A DNA stretch of 64,000 nt from an uncultured Actinomycetes bacterium (lineage in GTDB: Bacteria; Actinomycetota; Thermoleophilia; Gaiellales; Gaiellaceae), in NCBI GenBank assembly GCA_963789895.1, contig CAWBMC010000002.1, positions 276,548 to 340,547 of the forward strand, in the 5' to 3' direction. Each line of letters starts with the position of its first letter. The first letter of the stretch is position 1. This document shows positions 1 to 9,944 of the stretch, one piece after another. The notes under the pieces are model-generated. The model saw nothing but the letters and a program-made list of their open reading frames with translations, was not told where the DNA came from and searched no databases. The position numbers were made by a program, and so were the translations under genes.

Positions 1-854
1 ACGGCGATGCGCGGTGCGACCGGCGCCACCGGCTCGTCGCCGATGTGCTCGTCGATGATGTCGGACACCTGCCAGAGCAGCTTCACGTCGACGCCGGTGT
101 CACGACCGAGCCCGTGGAGCGCCTCCACGAGCGACTGCCCCGCAACGCGATGCAGGGTCAGCGCGAGGGGGTAGACGGCCGTCGCGATGAGATCCGCGCC
201 GACGCGTGTGGCGACGATGGCGTTGAGCAATCCGGTGCCGGCGGCGCCCTGGACGTGGAGCCCGACGGGAAGGCCGGTTGCCTCCTGGAGCCGCTGCACG
301 AGCTCCTCCGTCAGATGCGGGAGCAGCGCGTCCGTGGGATCGTTGAGGATGACCCTCGACGCGCCCAGGTCGGCGACGCGTCGCGCCTGCTCGACGAGCG
401 CGTCCACCTCGCCCGTGCGGCCGGGGCTGTAGACGAGGCCGACGTGGAAGCTGCGCCCGGCCGCGACGATGGCCTCACCGGCCTCCCGGAGGTTCGTGAC
501 GTCGTTGAGCGGATCGTGCAACCGGAAGACGTCGATGCCGTTCTCCGCCGCGCAGGCGACGAACCGGCGCGCGACGTCGGCGGACACCGGATGCGAGCCG
601 ACCAGGAAGCGCCCGCGGAGCGCGATGCCGAGGGGTGTCGTCGTGCGGGAGTCGAGGGCGCGGATCCGCTCCCACGGGCTCTCGACCCCCTTGCGCACCG
701 CCGCGTCGAAGGCTCCGCCGCCGGAGACCTCCAGGCTGGCGAACCCGGCGCGGTCGAGAATCTCCGCGATGCGGAGCACCTCGCCGGTCGGCACCTTGCC
801 CGCAAGCGGCTCCTGGCTGAGCAGACGGATCGTCGTGTCGACGAGCTGCGGCAT
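1..854 (-). CDS. Pyruvate carboxylase B / oxaloacetate decarboxylase alpha-like carboxyltransferase (DRE-TIM) domain protein with degenerate active site; runs off the window start
   Basis: Not in the ORF track; translated by hand from ATG 854: MPQLVDTTIRLLSQ...SLEVSGGGAFDAAVR..ESPWERIR...LRGRFLVG...AAENGIDVFRLHDPLND, matching PycB/OadA signatures. Confidence 0.85.
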   Translation of the reverse strand, partial: MPQLVDTTIRLLSQEPLAGKVPTGEVLRIAEILDRAGFASLEVSGGGAFDAAVRKGVESPWERIRALDSRTTTPLGIALRGRFLVGSHPVSADVARRFVACAAENGIDVFRLHDPLNDVTNLREAGEAIVAAGRSFHVGLVYSPGRTGEVDALVEQARRVADLGASRVILNDPTDALLPHLTEELVQRLQEATGLPVGLHVQGAAGTGLLNAIVATRVGADLIATAVYPLALTLHRVAGQSLVEALHGLGRDTGVDVKLLWQVSDIIDEHIGDEPVAPVAPRIA

Positions 855-875
855 CCGCTGGGGACCTTAGCGGCC

Positions 876-1442
876 TCAGGCGCGGCCGATGTAGCGCGCT
901 TCGCGCGGATCGACCTTGATGCGCTCACCGATGTTCACAAACAGCGGCACCTGGACGACGGCGCCCGTCTCGAGCGTCGCGGGCTTCGTCACGTTCGAGA
1001 CGGTGTCACCGCGAACCCCGGGCTCCGTGTCGCTCACGGTGAGCTCGACGGAGGCGGGCAGCTGGATGCCGGACGGCTTCGCGTTCACGTACAGCATCTG
1101 CACGGTGGACGACGGGAGCATGTACGCGAGCTCGCCCTCCACCTCGCGATGGGACAGGCCGAACTGCTCGAACGACTCCTCGTCCATGAAATGCGCCTCG
1201 CCGCCGTCGTCGTAGAGAAACTGGACGTTGCGCATCTGCGTGTGGACGCGGGCGAACTTCTCGCCCGCCCGGAACGTCTCGTCCACGACGGCACCCGAGT
1301 CGAGGTTCTTGAGCTTGGTGCGTACGAATGCACCGCCCTTGCCCGGCTTGACGTGCTGGAACTCGACGATGCGCCAGACCGAGCCCTTGTGCTCGATGTG
1401 CATGCCGTTTCTGAACTCGTTCGTGTTGACGATCTCGGCCAC
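876..1442 (-). CDS. efp: Elongation factor P
   Basis: VEFQHVKPGKGGAFVRTKLKN, KPATLETG..VQVPLF; probable GTG start at 1442. Confidence 0.97.
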   Translation of the reverse strand: MAEIVNTNEFRNGMHIEHKGSVWRIVEFQHVKPGKGGAFVRTKLKNLDSGAVVDETFRAGEKFARVHTQMRNVQFLYDDGGEAHFMDEESFEQFGLSHREVEGELAYMLPSSTVQMLYVNAKPSGIQLPASVELTVSDTEPGVRGDTVSNVTKPATLETGAVVQVPLFVNIGERIKVDPREARYIGRA

Positions 1443-1498
1443 GACGGCCGGCAGGGTACCTGCTGGGGCGCCCACCGCGGCGTGGTTGGATACCCCCG

Positions 1499-2554
1499 GT
1501 GAGCGTGCGGCGCGGTCGCGAGGTGTCACTCGACGAGGCACGGCGCATCGCGGTGCGGGCGCAGCTCCTCGACGGCTCGGCGACCGATGTGCTCGGCACC
1601 GTCCGCAGGCTCGGCTTCCTCCAGCTCGACCCGATCGCCACCGTGGCGACACCACAGGAGCTCGTCCTGTGGAGCCGGCTGGGCCGGTTCGACCGGACCG
1701 AGCTCGACCGGCTGTTGTGGCAAGAGCGGGCGCTGTTCGAGTGGAACGCGTACATCTGGCCCATCGAGGCGCTACCGCTCGTCAGGGGGTTGATGCGCCG
1801 CTGGCGCCGGTCGACGCGCTACGCGCACGAGCGCTGGGGCCACGCCTTCCTCGCCGAGAACCGGCCCTTTCGTCGCTACGTGCTCCGTGAGCTCGAGCGG
1901 CGAGGGCCGCTGCTCTCCAGGGAGATCGAGGATCGTGCCGCCGGCGCTCCCCAAGACCACCGCTGGTACGGCTCGCGCCGGGTCGGCCTGATGCTCATGA
2001 CGCTTCATCTGCGCGGCGAGATCGCGATCACCGGCCGACGTGGGAAGCAGCGGCTGTGGGATCTCGCGGAACGCTGGTACCCCGACGGAGAAGCCCTCCC
2101 GCTCGCCGCAGCCGAGCGGGCACTCGACGAGCAACGGTTCCGCTCGGTCGGCGTCCGGCTCGAGAAAGGCCGGTGGCTCGCACATCCGGACGCCGGTGAC
2201 GGCGCGGTGCCGGATCGCGCCACACTCCTGTCGCCGTTCGATCGCCTGATCCACGACCGTGACCGGGCCGAGGCGCTGTTCGACTTCCGCTACCGCCTCG
2301 AGATGTACGTGACGCCGGCGAAGCGCGAATACGGGTACTACGTCCTGCCTCTCCTCGTCGGCGACCGTCTCGTGGGCAGGGTCGAGCCGGTGCTCGACCG
2401 GCGAACGGGTGTGCTTCGCGTCGTCGGAGCGTGGGGTGACACCTCGCGCGCGGGCGAGGCGCTCTCGCGTCTGGCAGCGTTTCTCGGCGCAGAGCTGCCG
2501 TCGGGGCCGGACACACCGGCCCGACTCACGCGACCTGGATCGGATCCTTCGTGA
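1499..2554 (+). CDS. YcaQ/AlkZ (HTH_42) family interstrand-crosslink DNA glycosylase
   Basis: LGFLQLDPI (QxD motif), LLSPFDRL, RLEMYVTPAKREYGYYVLP. Confidence 0.9.
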   Translation: MSVRRGREVSLDEARRIAVRAQLLDGSATDVLGTVRRLGFLQLDPIATVATPQELVLWSRLGRFDRTELDRLLWQERALFEWNAYIWPIEALPLVRGLMRRWRRSTRYAHERWGHAFLAENRPFRRYVLRELERRGPLLSREIEDRAAGAPQDHRWYGSRRVGLMLMTLHLRGEIAITGRRGKQRLWDLAERWYPDGEALPLAAAERALDEQRFRSVGVRLEKGRWLAHPDAGDGAVPDRATLLSPFDRLIHDRDRAEALFDFRYRLEMYVTPAKREYGYYVLPLLVGDRLVGRVEPVLDRRTGVLRVVGAWGDTSRAGEALSRLAAFLGAELPSGPDTPARLTRPGSDPS

Positions 2555-3575
2555 ACGACGTGAGACGTTCGCAGCCGTCGTCCGTGACGAGGACGAGGTC
2601 CTCGATGCGGATCCCGAGCTCTCCGCTCAGGTAGATCCCGGGCTCCACGGTGACGACGTTCCCCGGCTCGAGCGTGTCCTCGGACTCCGGGCGGAGAACG
2701 GGCGCCTCGTGGATCTCGAGACCGACCCCGTGGCCGAGCCCGTGCCCGAATGCGTCGCCGAGACCCGCTGCCTCGATCGCGACGCGCGACGCGGCGTCCA
2801 CATCACGGCCGTGCGCACCGGGTCGCACCGCCGCGAGCCCATCGAGCTGCGCGCGCAGGCAGAGGTCGTAGAGCTCCCGCAGGCGTGCATCGTCACCTGT
2901 CAGGAACGTGCGCGTGCAGTCGGAGCAGTAGCCGTCGACGACGCAACCGGCGTCGACGACGACCGTGGTTCCGGCGGGGATCGGAACGTCGTCGCGGGCG
3001 TGCGCGTGCGGACGCGCCCCCATCTCGCCGAAGCCCACCATGGTGTCGAACGAGCTCCGGGTCGCCCCGAGCTCGCGAAACCGACGGTCGACCCACCAGA
3101 CGAGCTCGGCCTCGGTGCGGCCGACGAAGCGCTCGCGTGACAGCTCTGCGAAGACCGCGTCGGAGAGCGCCGCAGCACGTCGCAGAGCGGCGATCTCGGT
3201 CGCGTCCTTGACCGTGCGCAGCCTCTCGACGATCCCGGTCGTCGGGTGCAACTCGACGCCACCGCCGCGGAGCGTCTCGTACGCCGACACGCTCAGGTGG
3301 TCGGCTTCGAACCCCACCTCGCGGCCCGAGATCAGTTCGGCGAGCGCGAGGATCACGTACCGGCTCGTCTCGACGAACGTCACGCCGTCCACCTGGCTCG
3401 CCGCTCTCGCGGCCTCGGCGTACCGGAAGTCGGTATAGAGCGTCGTCTCCCCGGTGGGATCGACGAGAGCCGCCGCGTTCGAGCTCTCGAGCCCGGTCAG
3501 GTAGAGGACGTTGGCGCCCTTCGTGACCAGCAACGGCCGCTCGAGCCGCTCTGCGAGGAGCCCGAGACGGCTCAT
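2526..3575 (-). CDS. Xaa-Pro aminopeptidase (M24B, PepQ-like)
   Basis: [42 protein letters not shown]; usual aroQ-pepQ-efp synteny. Confidence 0.93.
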   Translation of the reverse strand: MSRLGLLAERLERPLLVTKGANVLYLTGLESSNAAALVDPTGETTLYTDFRYAEAARAASQVDGVTFVETSRYVILALAELISGREVGFEADHLSVSAYETLRGGGVELHPTTGIVERLRTVKDATEIAALRRAAALSDAVFAELSRERFVGRTEAELVWWVDRRFRELGATRSSFDTMVGFGEMGARPHAHARDDVPIPAGTTVVVDAGCVVDGYCSDCTRTFLTGDDARLRELYDLCLRAQLDGLAAVRPGAHGRDVDAASRVAIEAAGLGDAFGHGLGHGVGLEIHEAPVLRPESEDTLEPGNVVTVEPGIYLSGELGIRIEDLVLVTDDGCERLTSFTKDPIQVA

Positions 3576-4003
3576 GCGCCCCCCTTCGACAGCAGCTCGA
3601 GGGCCTCTCGGTAGCCGTCGACACCCTTGCCGATCACGCGTGCAGTGGTCAGCCCTTCCAGAACCGAGTGCTGGCGCCACGTCTCGCGCTTCGTCACGTC
3701 CGAGATGTGCACCTCCACCACAGGCCCGTCGAACGGCTCGACCGCGTCGCGGATCGCCCACGAGTAGTGGGTCCAGGACGCGGGGTTGAGCACGAGCGCG
3801 TCGGCGCTGTCGAGAGCGGCATGGAGGAACTCGACGTACTCGCCTTCGTGGTTCGTCTGCCGGCAGCGCACCTGGAGATCGAGTGTGCGCGCCCAGGCGT
3901 AGATACGCGTCTCGAGATCCTGCAGCGAGTCCTCGCCGTAGAGGCCGGGGTCGCGGCGTCCGAGCAGGTCGAGGTTCACGCCGTTGAGGACATCGATCCG
4001 CAC
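3572..4003 (-). CDS. aroQ: Type II 3-dehydroquinate dehydratase
   Basis: LNGVNLDLLGRRDPGLYG, QTNHEGE, NPASWTHYS, EVHISD. Confidence 0.95.
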   Translation of the reverse strand: MRIDVLNGVNLDLLGRRDPGLYGEDSLQDLETRIYAWARTLDLQVRCRQTNHEGEYVEFLHAALDSADALVLNPASWTHYSWAIRDAVEPFDGPVVEVHISDVTKRETWRQHSVLEGLTTARVIGKGVDGYREALELLSKGGA

Positions 4004-4013
4004 CGGCGCGACT

Positions 4014-4442
4014 CTACTCGGCGCGGCCGGCGACGAGCGGCGACGCTGACCCCTCGCGGTGGACCGGAAGATGATCGGGAAACTCCTCCCACCCTGCTGC
4101 ACTGTCCGCGTGGATGTGGCGCATGACTCTCAGCCCAGCGTCGACGTCGAGTGCCCCGGCCGAGATAGAGACCCAGTCCGCGCCCGGACTGCTCCAGAAG
4201 AGCGACGAGCCGCAGGTGGAGCAGAACGATCGCTCGCGCTCGTTGTCGTCGAGGTACAGCGTCGGTACGACGTCGCCCAGCAGCGTGACGGCCGTCCGTG
4301 GTGCCCACGTGTACGCGGCCGCGTTGGTGCCCGCGCGCCGGCACAGCGAGCAGTGGCAGACGACGATGTCGCGGAGCGGCGGGTCGACCTCGAAGCGCAC
4401 GGCGCCGCAGAGGCAGCGACCAGGGACAGGCGCGCCGCTCAC
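4014..4442 (-). CDS. GFA (CENP-V/GFA) family Zn-binding protein
   Basis: GRCLCGAVRF, CHCSLCRR, RSFCSTCGSSLFW. Confidence 0.9.
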   Translation of the reverse strand: MSGAPVPGRCLCGAVRFEVDPPLRDIVVCHCSLCRRAGTNAAAYTWAPRTAVTLLGDVVPTLYLDDNERERSFCSTCGSSLFWSSPGADWVSISAGALDVDAGLRVMRHIHADSAAGWEEFPDHLPVHREGSASPLVAGRAE

Positions 4443-5884
4443 GAGGTGATCAGCTCGTCGAGCGCCGATCTGACATCCGCCTCGGGCAGCTCGACCCCCC
4501 AGCGCGGCTCACCCGGCGCGTCGAGCAGCACGAGACGCGGCCTCGCCCCTGCCGCCTTCTTGTCACGGCCGAGCGCCGCCCACGCGGCGTCGCGGTCGAG
4601 TCGCGGACGTTCCGGCGAGAGCACTCGCTCCACCGTGCGCCGTTCCTCCTCCAGACCCGACAGCCTGAGCGCGGCGAGCAGGCCGAGCGCGACCGCCTCG
4701 CCGTGTGGCAGGTCGTACCCTGCTGCGGCCTCGAGCGCGTGGGCGAAGGTGTGTCCGAGATTGAGCTGGTTCCGCGGCCCGCGATCGTATGGATCACGGA
4801 GGCAGACGGCGCCCTTGAAGGACGCGCAGCGGCGCACCTGCTCGTGCTCCGGGAGCTCCCAGAGCGGCTCACCGACGAGGAGACCCGTCTTCACGACCTC
4901 GGCGAGACCGTTTCGCCGCTCTCGGTCGGGCAGCGTCTCGAGCAGCGTCGGGTCGACCACCACACGTGCCGGCCAGTGGAAGCAGCCGGTGAGGTTCTTC
5001 GCGTGTGCGAGATCGATCGCGGTCTTGCCACCGATGGCGGCGTCGACCTGCCCGACGAGCGTCGTCGGCACGGGTACCCACGAGACACCGCGCATGTAGG
5101 TGGCGGCGGCAAACCCGGCCACATCGGTGGTCGCACCGCCGCCGAGGGCGACGACGACCCCGTCGCGGCCGATCGTGAAGCTCGACCAGAGCCGCTCCAG
5201 CACGGCCGGTGTCTTCGCAGGCTCTCCCTGCGGCACCTCGTGCACGCCGACATCTCGCGCGCCGAGTGCGAGCTGCGCGCGGACGCCGTGGATTCCCGCC
5301 ACGTGCTGGTCGACGACAACCTCGGCGGGACTGCCGCCGGGCACGAGATCGCCGAGAAGGTCGATCGCACCGACTTCGACGACGATGCCCGCCGCTGCGA
5401 GCACGACCGCCTCGGCCTCGTGTGCGCGCGCGTCGGCGACCTCCTCGTAGACGTCGCGCCGCGCTTCGAAGAGCTGGTGGAAGGCCGCTTCGTCCTGCGC
5501 CAGCGGGCGCTTCGCGCCGCGTGCCCGTTCCCACGCCGTCGCCGGATCGACGTCCAGAAGGACGGTGAAGGCCCGCTCGGCCAGGCGTGCGCGGGTTGCC
5601 TCAGAGACGACGGCGCCGCCGCCGAGCGCAACCACGATCGGCTCCGCCGCGGCGAGCGTCTCGCCGGCGACCTCCTCCTCGAGCGCCCGGAAGGCCGGTT
5701 CTCCGCGTGACGCGAAGAGCTCCGCCACGGGGGCTCCGGCGCGCCGCTCGATCTCCGCGTCGAGGTCGACGAAGGGGCGGCCGAGCCGCCGGGCCACGTC
5801 GACTGCCACGGTCGTCTTGCCCGCGCCCATGAACCCGGCGAGCGCGAGATGCCGTCCGAGCGCGTTCAGGCGGTCGGGCGCCAC
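4439..5884 (-). CDS. aroKB: Bifunctional shikimate kinase / 3-dehydroquinate synthase fusion (AroK-AroB)
   Basis: N-terminal GFMGAGKTT and ALGGG; C-terminal ALGGGATTDVAGFAAATYMRG, DAAIGGKTAID, LNLGHTFAHALE. Confidence 0.93.
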   Translation of the reverse strand: MAPDRLNALGRHLALAGFMGAGKTTVAVDVARRLGRPFVDLDAEIERRAGAPVAELFASRGEPAFRALEEEVAGETLAAAEPIVVALGGGAVVSEATRARLAERAFTVLLDVDPATAWERARGAKRPLAQDEAAFHQLFEARRDVYEEVADARAHEAEAVVLAAAGIVVEVGAIDLLGDLVPGGSPAEVVVDQHVAGIHGVRAQLALGARDVGVHEVPQGEPAKTPAVLERLWSSFTIGRDGVVVALGGGATTDVAGFAAATYMRGVSWVPVPTTLVGQVDAAIGGKTAIDLAHAKNLTGCFHWPARVVVDPTLLETLPDRERRNGLAEVVKTGLLVGEPLWELPEHEQVRRCASFKGAVCLRDPYDRGPRNQLNLGHTFAHALEAAAGYDLPHGEAVALGLLAALRLSGLEEERRTVERVLSPERPRLDRDAAWAALGRDKKAAGARPRLVLLDAPGEPRWGVELPEADVRSALDELITS

Positions 5885-6966
5885 CGGTCGGCGATGCGCT
5901 CGAGATAGTGGCGGTGCGCGGCGACCATGTCTGCGACGGCGTCTCCGCCGAGCTTCTCTCGCGCCGCGCCGGCGAGCTCCCAGGCCACCGCCGCCTCTGC
6001 CACGACGGCGAGGGCCTCCACCGCCTGCACGTCGCTGCGCTCGACGAGTGCCTGCGCCGCGTCGCCGGTGGCGAGATCGACCGAGTCCAGCGGGCGCATG
6101 AGCGTCGGCAGCGGCTTCATCGCCGCGCGGACGACGACGGGCTCGCCGTTCGTCATCCCAGCCTCGAGACCGCCCGCACGGTTGCTGCGGCGGCGCAACC
6201 CCGGCTCGATCTCGTCGTGCGCTTCCGTGCCGCGCCGCCGCGCGAGGTCGAGCCCGTCGCCGATCTCGACCGCCTTCACCGCCTGGATCCCCATCAGCGC
6301 GGCGGCGATGCGTGCGTCGAGCCGGTCGGCCTTCTCCGCGTACGAGCCGAGCCCGGGCGGGAGGCCGGTGGCGACGACCTCGACGATGCCACCGAGGGTG
6401 TCGCGGTCGGCGCGCGCCGCGTCGGTTGCCTCGCGCATGCCGTCGTCGGTCGTCTCGCCGCCGATCTCGACGGGCCGCCCCACGACCTCGATGCCGATCT
6501 GCCGGAGCAGCGCCTTCGCGACCGCGCCGGCGGCGACATGCACCGCGGTGTGGCGCGCGCTGGCGCGCTCGAGCGCGTTCCGGACATCCTCGTGGCCGAA
6601 CTTGAGCACGCCGGCGAGGTCGGCATGACCGGGCCGCGGCAGCGTCACCGCCTTCGTTCCCTTGCCCTCGGGCTCTCCCTCGGGTGGCCAGGGGCTCATG
6701 CCCCAGAGCCAGTTCTTGTGATCGCGGTTGCGCACCACGAGCGCGAGCGGCGTGCCGAGCGTGAGACCGTGCCGCAGACCCGCGAGCACCTCCACCTCGT
6801 CCGTCTCGAGCTGCTGACGCGGGCTCCGGCCGTACCCCTGCTGGCGGCGCCGCAGGTCGGCGTCGATCGTCTCCTTCTCGAGGAGCAGCCCGGCCGGCAG
6901 GCCGGTCAGGATCGCAACGAGCGCCGGCCCGTGCGATTCTCCCGCGGTTGCGAGCCGGAGCGTCAT
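5866..6966 (-). CDS. aroC: Chorismate synthase
   Basis: TAGESHG, PRPGHADL, ERASAR, SNRAGGLEAGMTNG, ERSD. Confidence 0.97.
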   Translation of the reverse strand: MTLRLATAGESHGPALVAILTGLPAGLLLEKETIDADLRRRQQGYGRSPRQQLETDEVEVLAGLRHGLTLGTPLALVVRNRDHKNWLWGMSPWPPEGEPEGKGTKAVTLPRPGHADLAGVLKFGHEDVRNALERASARHTAVHVAAGAVAKALLRQIGIEVVGRPVEIGGETTDDGMREATDAARADRDTLGGIVEVVATGLPPGLGSYAEKADRLDARIAAALMGIQAVKAVEIGDGLDLARRRGTEAHDEIEPGLRRRSNRAGGLEAGMTNGEPVVVRAAMKPLPTLMRPLDSVDLATGDAAQALVERSDVQAVEALAVVAEAAVAWELAGAAREKLGGDAVADMVAAHRHYLERIADRWRPTA

Positions 6967-7007
6967 GCCGCAAGCCTAGAGGGTCGTCTTGCGGGAGAGG
7001 AGGAAGG

Positions 7008-7277
7008 GTGCGCTACATGGTGATCGAGACATTTCCGCAAGGCCCGGCACCGGTGTACGCCCGGGCCGCGGAGCACGGGCGCATGCTGCCGGAGGGACTC
7101 TCGTACGTCGACAGCTGGATCGATGCCGCGCGGCTCGACCGCTGCTTCCAGCTGATGGAGACAGACGACCCAGCGTTGTTCGACGAGTGGTGCGGCCGCT
7201 GGAACGACCTGGCGACGTTCGAGATCGTGCCGGTGATCACGTCAGCAGAGGCGGCAGCGCGCGTCGCGACGAAGTGA
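7008..7277 (+). CDS. DUF3303-family small protein
   Basis: YMVIETF..PVYAR...GRMLPEGLSYVDSWI...RCFQLMETDD...FEIVPV; AGGAAGG RBS-like sequence upstream of GTG. Confidence 0.8.
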   Translation: MRYMVIETFPQGPAPVYARAAEHGRMLPEGLSYVDSWIDAARLDRCFQLMETDDPALFDEWCGRWNDLATFEIVPVITSAEAAARVATK

Positions 7278-7296
7278 GCTCCTCGAGGGCCACCGT

Positions 7297-7425
7297 CTAC
7301 TCGTCGTACGAGACGAGCTCGAGGAGGCTGCCATCGGGGTCGCCAAGCAGCGCGTACCGCTGGCCCCAAAACGCGTCCGTGTGCGGTTCGCCACAACGAA
7401 GGAACTGGCCCTGCAACTCGAACTC
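7297..7425 (-). pseudogene. C-terminal remnant of a VOC/glyoxalase gene
   Basis: DAFWGQRYALLGDPDGSLLELV-stop is a typical VOC C-terminus; no credible N-terminal half upstream. Confidence 0.6.
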
Positions 7426-7636
7426 TGTTTGCCTAGGCTCCTCGTGGCCTCGCGCGCCCGAGGGTGCGTTTGGCGGATTGCGGGCTTTCGGCCGGAATCC
7501 TGGCCGCAGGGCCAGTCCGGAATATCCTACGCCTTCTTGGTGCGTGAGAGAAGCACGCGAGGAAGGCCCGCGTACGTTGTGGGGCGCTTCCATGCGTTCC
7601 CAAGGTTTGGCAGACCCGGTGGTTGAATCCAGGACC

Positions 7637-8062
7637 ATGGATCCGCTGGCCTGGGTGTGCGAGCAGGGGATTGTGTTGCAGTCTGCTCGCGGCCCGGTGC
7701 CCAATCTTGCCGAGCAGATCGCCGGCGAACCGATCCGCGGCAGCTGGTGGGGCCACCCAGCCGGCCGTGAGATCTTCGCCGTTCTCAACCGCCTTCTCGC
7801 CTCCGAGGATGTCGTTGCAACTCGCCTGATCGAGGGCAGAGTCACGCTCGTCCACCGACGGATCTGGCCGGCGCTTGTCCGGGTTGCCGACCGCTTCCCC
7901 GCTGAGCGGCTTGCAGCGGTTGACGAGCAGCACACCGCCACCGGAGCCCACCAGACCGTCGAAGTCGCGTTCCCCGGGTGGGTCCCACCCGAAGACAGGG
8001 CCGCGGCGACGCTTCTCAGCGTCGACGAAGCGCTCGCGCAACTTCCGATCTGCCTGCGCTGA
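7637..8062 (+). CDS. Conserved hypothetical protein (short AlkZ-related winged-helix type)
   Basis: SARGPVPNLAEQIAGEPIRGSWWGHP, TRLIEGRVTLVHRRIWPAL. Confidence 0.7.
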   Translation: MDPLAWVCEQGIVLQSARGPVPNLAEQIAGEPIRGSWWGHPAGREIFAVLNRLLASEDVVATRLIEGRVTLVHRRIWPALVRVADRFPAERLAAVDEQHTATGAHQTVEVAFPGWVPPEDRAAATLLSVDEALAQLPICLR

Positions 8063-8108
8063 CGACGATGCAAAACAGCATGCCCCAGCGACGCTTGAGC
8101 GGCCGGCT

Positions 8109-8471
8109 CTATTGACGCCGAACAAGTCTCGACGCAAGCCAGCCCACCGCCACGCCTACGGGAAGCCCGATGAAGAAGAACGCGAACGCCGGGCCCATGT
8201 TCGCGTCGCATTCATCGCCGGCGCAGCCATCAGGCGCCCCGGGCCCACCGACGATGCGCGCCAACGCAAGCGCCGTCACAGCCGCGACAACACCGAAGAC
8301 CCCGAACCGGAGCCAGCCAAGGCGTCGAGCGACAACGAGCAACCCGATGCCGACAACCGCCAGGACGGCGACATCGCGCCAGGGTTGCCCCACAAGGACA
8401 CCGCACACCAGTGCAGCGACCACGGCGACAACGACCCCGACAGACCTCACAGAGCGAGATCGGAGCGTCAC
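8109..8471 (-). CDS. Hypothetical membrane protein (about 4 TM)
   Basis: Hydrophobic stretches and a CxxxxC loop; start codon uncertain. Confidence 0.55.
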   Translation of the reverse strand: MTLRSRSVRSVGVVVAVVAALVCGVLVGQPWRDVAVLAVVGIGLLVVARRLGWLRFGVFGVVAAVTALALARIVGGPGAPDGCAGDECDANMGPAFAFFFIGLPVGVAVGWLASRLVRRQ

Positions 8472-8710
8472 GATCCGACAGGTATCGGTTCACGCTGCGT
8501 ACAGGTTGACCACGCCGTCACCTCGCTCCACGGCACGCAGCAGATCGGGCGACACGGTGCGCCAGTGTTCGGGAATGTCACATGACGAATTGAGCCCGGA
8601 TCGGCTGGAGCAGCGATGAGTTTTCTGTGGTCTGTCAGTCTCTTGCTTTGCGCGTGTCCTTGGCAGGGTGAGATGCGGCCCGGAGCAGGCCGCCGAGAAA
8701 CGAGGATGAG

Positions 8711-9058
8711 ATGACGCGGTATCTGATCTCGTTCGACGAAGGTGCGATGACCTTCCCCGAGGAGGACCTGCCCGACGTGGCCGAGGCTGCCCACGCGGTG
8801 GTTCAAGAGGCCATGGACGCCAGAGTGTGGGTGTTCGGCGGCGGGCTGTCTTCCCACGAGGAGTTGAGTGTGGTGGCCACCGATGGGACGGTCACCGATG
8901 GCCCGTATCCGGAGAGCAAGGCGTACATCGGCGGATTCTCGGTCGTCGACGTGCCCTCACGCGAGGAGGCGCTGGAGTGGGCTGCCAAGATCGCCGTTGC
9001 CTGCCGCTGTGCTCAAGATGTCCGCGAGTTCCTGCCCGACCCGGCGGTAGGCAACTGA
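8711..9058 (+). CDS. YciI family protein
   Basis: VFGGGL, VTDGPYPESKAYIGGFSVVDVPSREEALEWA. Confidence 0.9.
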   Translation: MTRYLISFDEGAMTFPEEDLPDVAEAAHAVVQEAMDARVWVFGGGLSSHEELSVVATDGTVTDGPYPESKAYIGGFSVVDVPSREEALEWAAKIAVACRCAQDVREFLPDPAVGN

Positions 9059-9213
9059 TCGAACCTCACATAGCCAACTCATGCCCACGGCTACGAACGG
9101 AACAACCGCCTGCCCCAGCGTGCGGGAATGTCGCCTGACGAGGACGACCGGCTCCGCTCCGATGCCGGGTCGAGCGCCTCCTGCATCTCATACGATGGCG
9201 GAGGAGGTGCAAC

Positions 9214-9807
9214 GTGACGACGTCCGATCCGATCGCCGACATCATCGGGGACTATCGAGCGTTCGCGGCGATGCAGCGCGACCGTCTTCTTGCCCGCGGC
9301 ATCGACATCTCACCGTACGCGCTCAGCCACCTCGCTGTCCGCGTCGCCGACTGGGACCTGTACGTCCATCAGCGGACGCTGCTCGAGCGCCATGCGAGGG
9401 CGAACCTCGAGAACGTCTGGAACGGGCGACCGATCTCCTTGCTCGTGCTCGCCGAGCCGCTCGATGTCCTCGATGGGACTCCGCTCTCGCGCATCGAGCT
9501 CATCCCGCCCGTTCACCAGCGTGTCTACCGGATGGGCCTCGAGCACCTCGGCGTCGTCGTCGGTGAGGAGATCGACGACTTCTCGCGAGTGCATCGCGCC
9601 GCGCTGACTGGGCAGCAGTTCCAGAGTCCCGACGTCGAGCCGGTCTACGTGCTGTTCGAGGACTTCACCCACGTGAAGTTCTACCGGCGCTCCTTCTTCG
9701 ACGTCGTCGAGGACGAGGAAGGACGCTTCGAGGGCTTCAGCCACGTCGACGACTGGGTGCCGCAGCGCCTCGTCACCGCCACCGGCCCGAACCCGCTGCC
9801 GCGGTGA
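9214..9807 (+). CDS. YecM-like VOC family protein
   Basis: SHLAVRV, ENVWNGRPI, IELIPP, GLEHLG, VKF; GGAGGAGG RBS. Confidence 0.75.
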   Translation: MTTSDPIADIIGDYRAFAAMQRDRLLARGIDISPYALSHLAVRVADWDLYVHQRTLLERHARANLENVWNGRPISLLVLAEPLDVLDGTPLSRIELIPPVHQRVYRMGLEHLGVVVGEEIDDFSRVHRAALTGQQFQSPDVEPVYVLFEDFTHVKFYRRSFFDVVEDEEGRFEGFSHVDDWVPQRLVTATGPNPLPR

Positions 9808-9838
9808 CCCAGGCGGCTGCCGAGCTACAAGACCGCCC

Positions 9839-9873
9839 GCTGCCCGAGTGTTCAGGAATGTTCCCTGAGCACG
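9839..9873 (+). repeat. Direct repeat copy 1 (gctgcccgagtgttcaggaatgttccctgagcacg)
   Basis: 30/31 identical to 12658-12688; internal imperfect palindrome tcaggaa-tg-ttccctga. Confidence 0.85.
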
Positions 9874-9944
9874 ATTCGTCGTGAGACGCTGCGTGACCAC
9901 GGTTGTGTCGTTCGAAGCAGTGTTGCCGAGGGCTCGGTTCGCCG

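Noticed and set aside
45-1502. Long antisense or alternate-frame ORFs (for example 45-1502, 15306-16790, 20729-22792, 43795-45642)
   Set aside because: Shadow ORFs of real genes caused by high GC3; no family motifs
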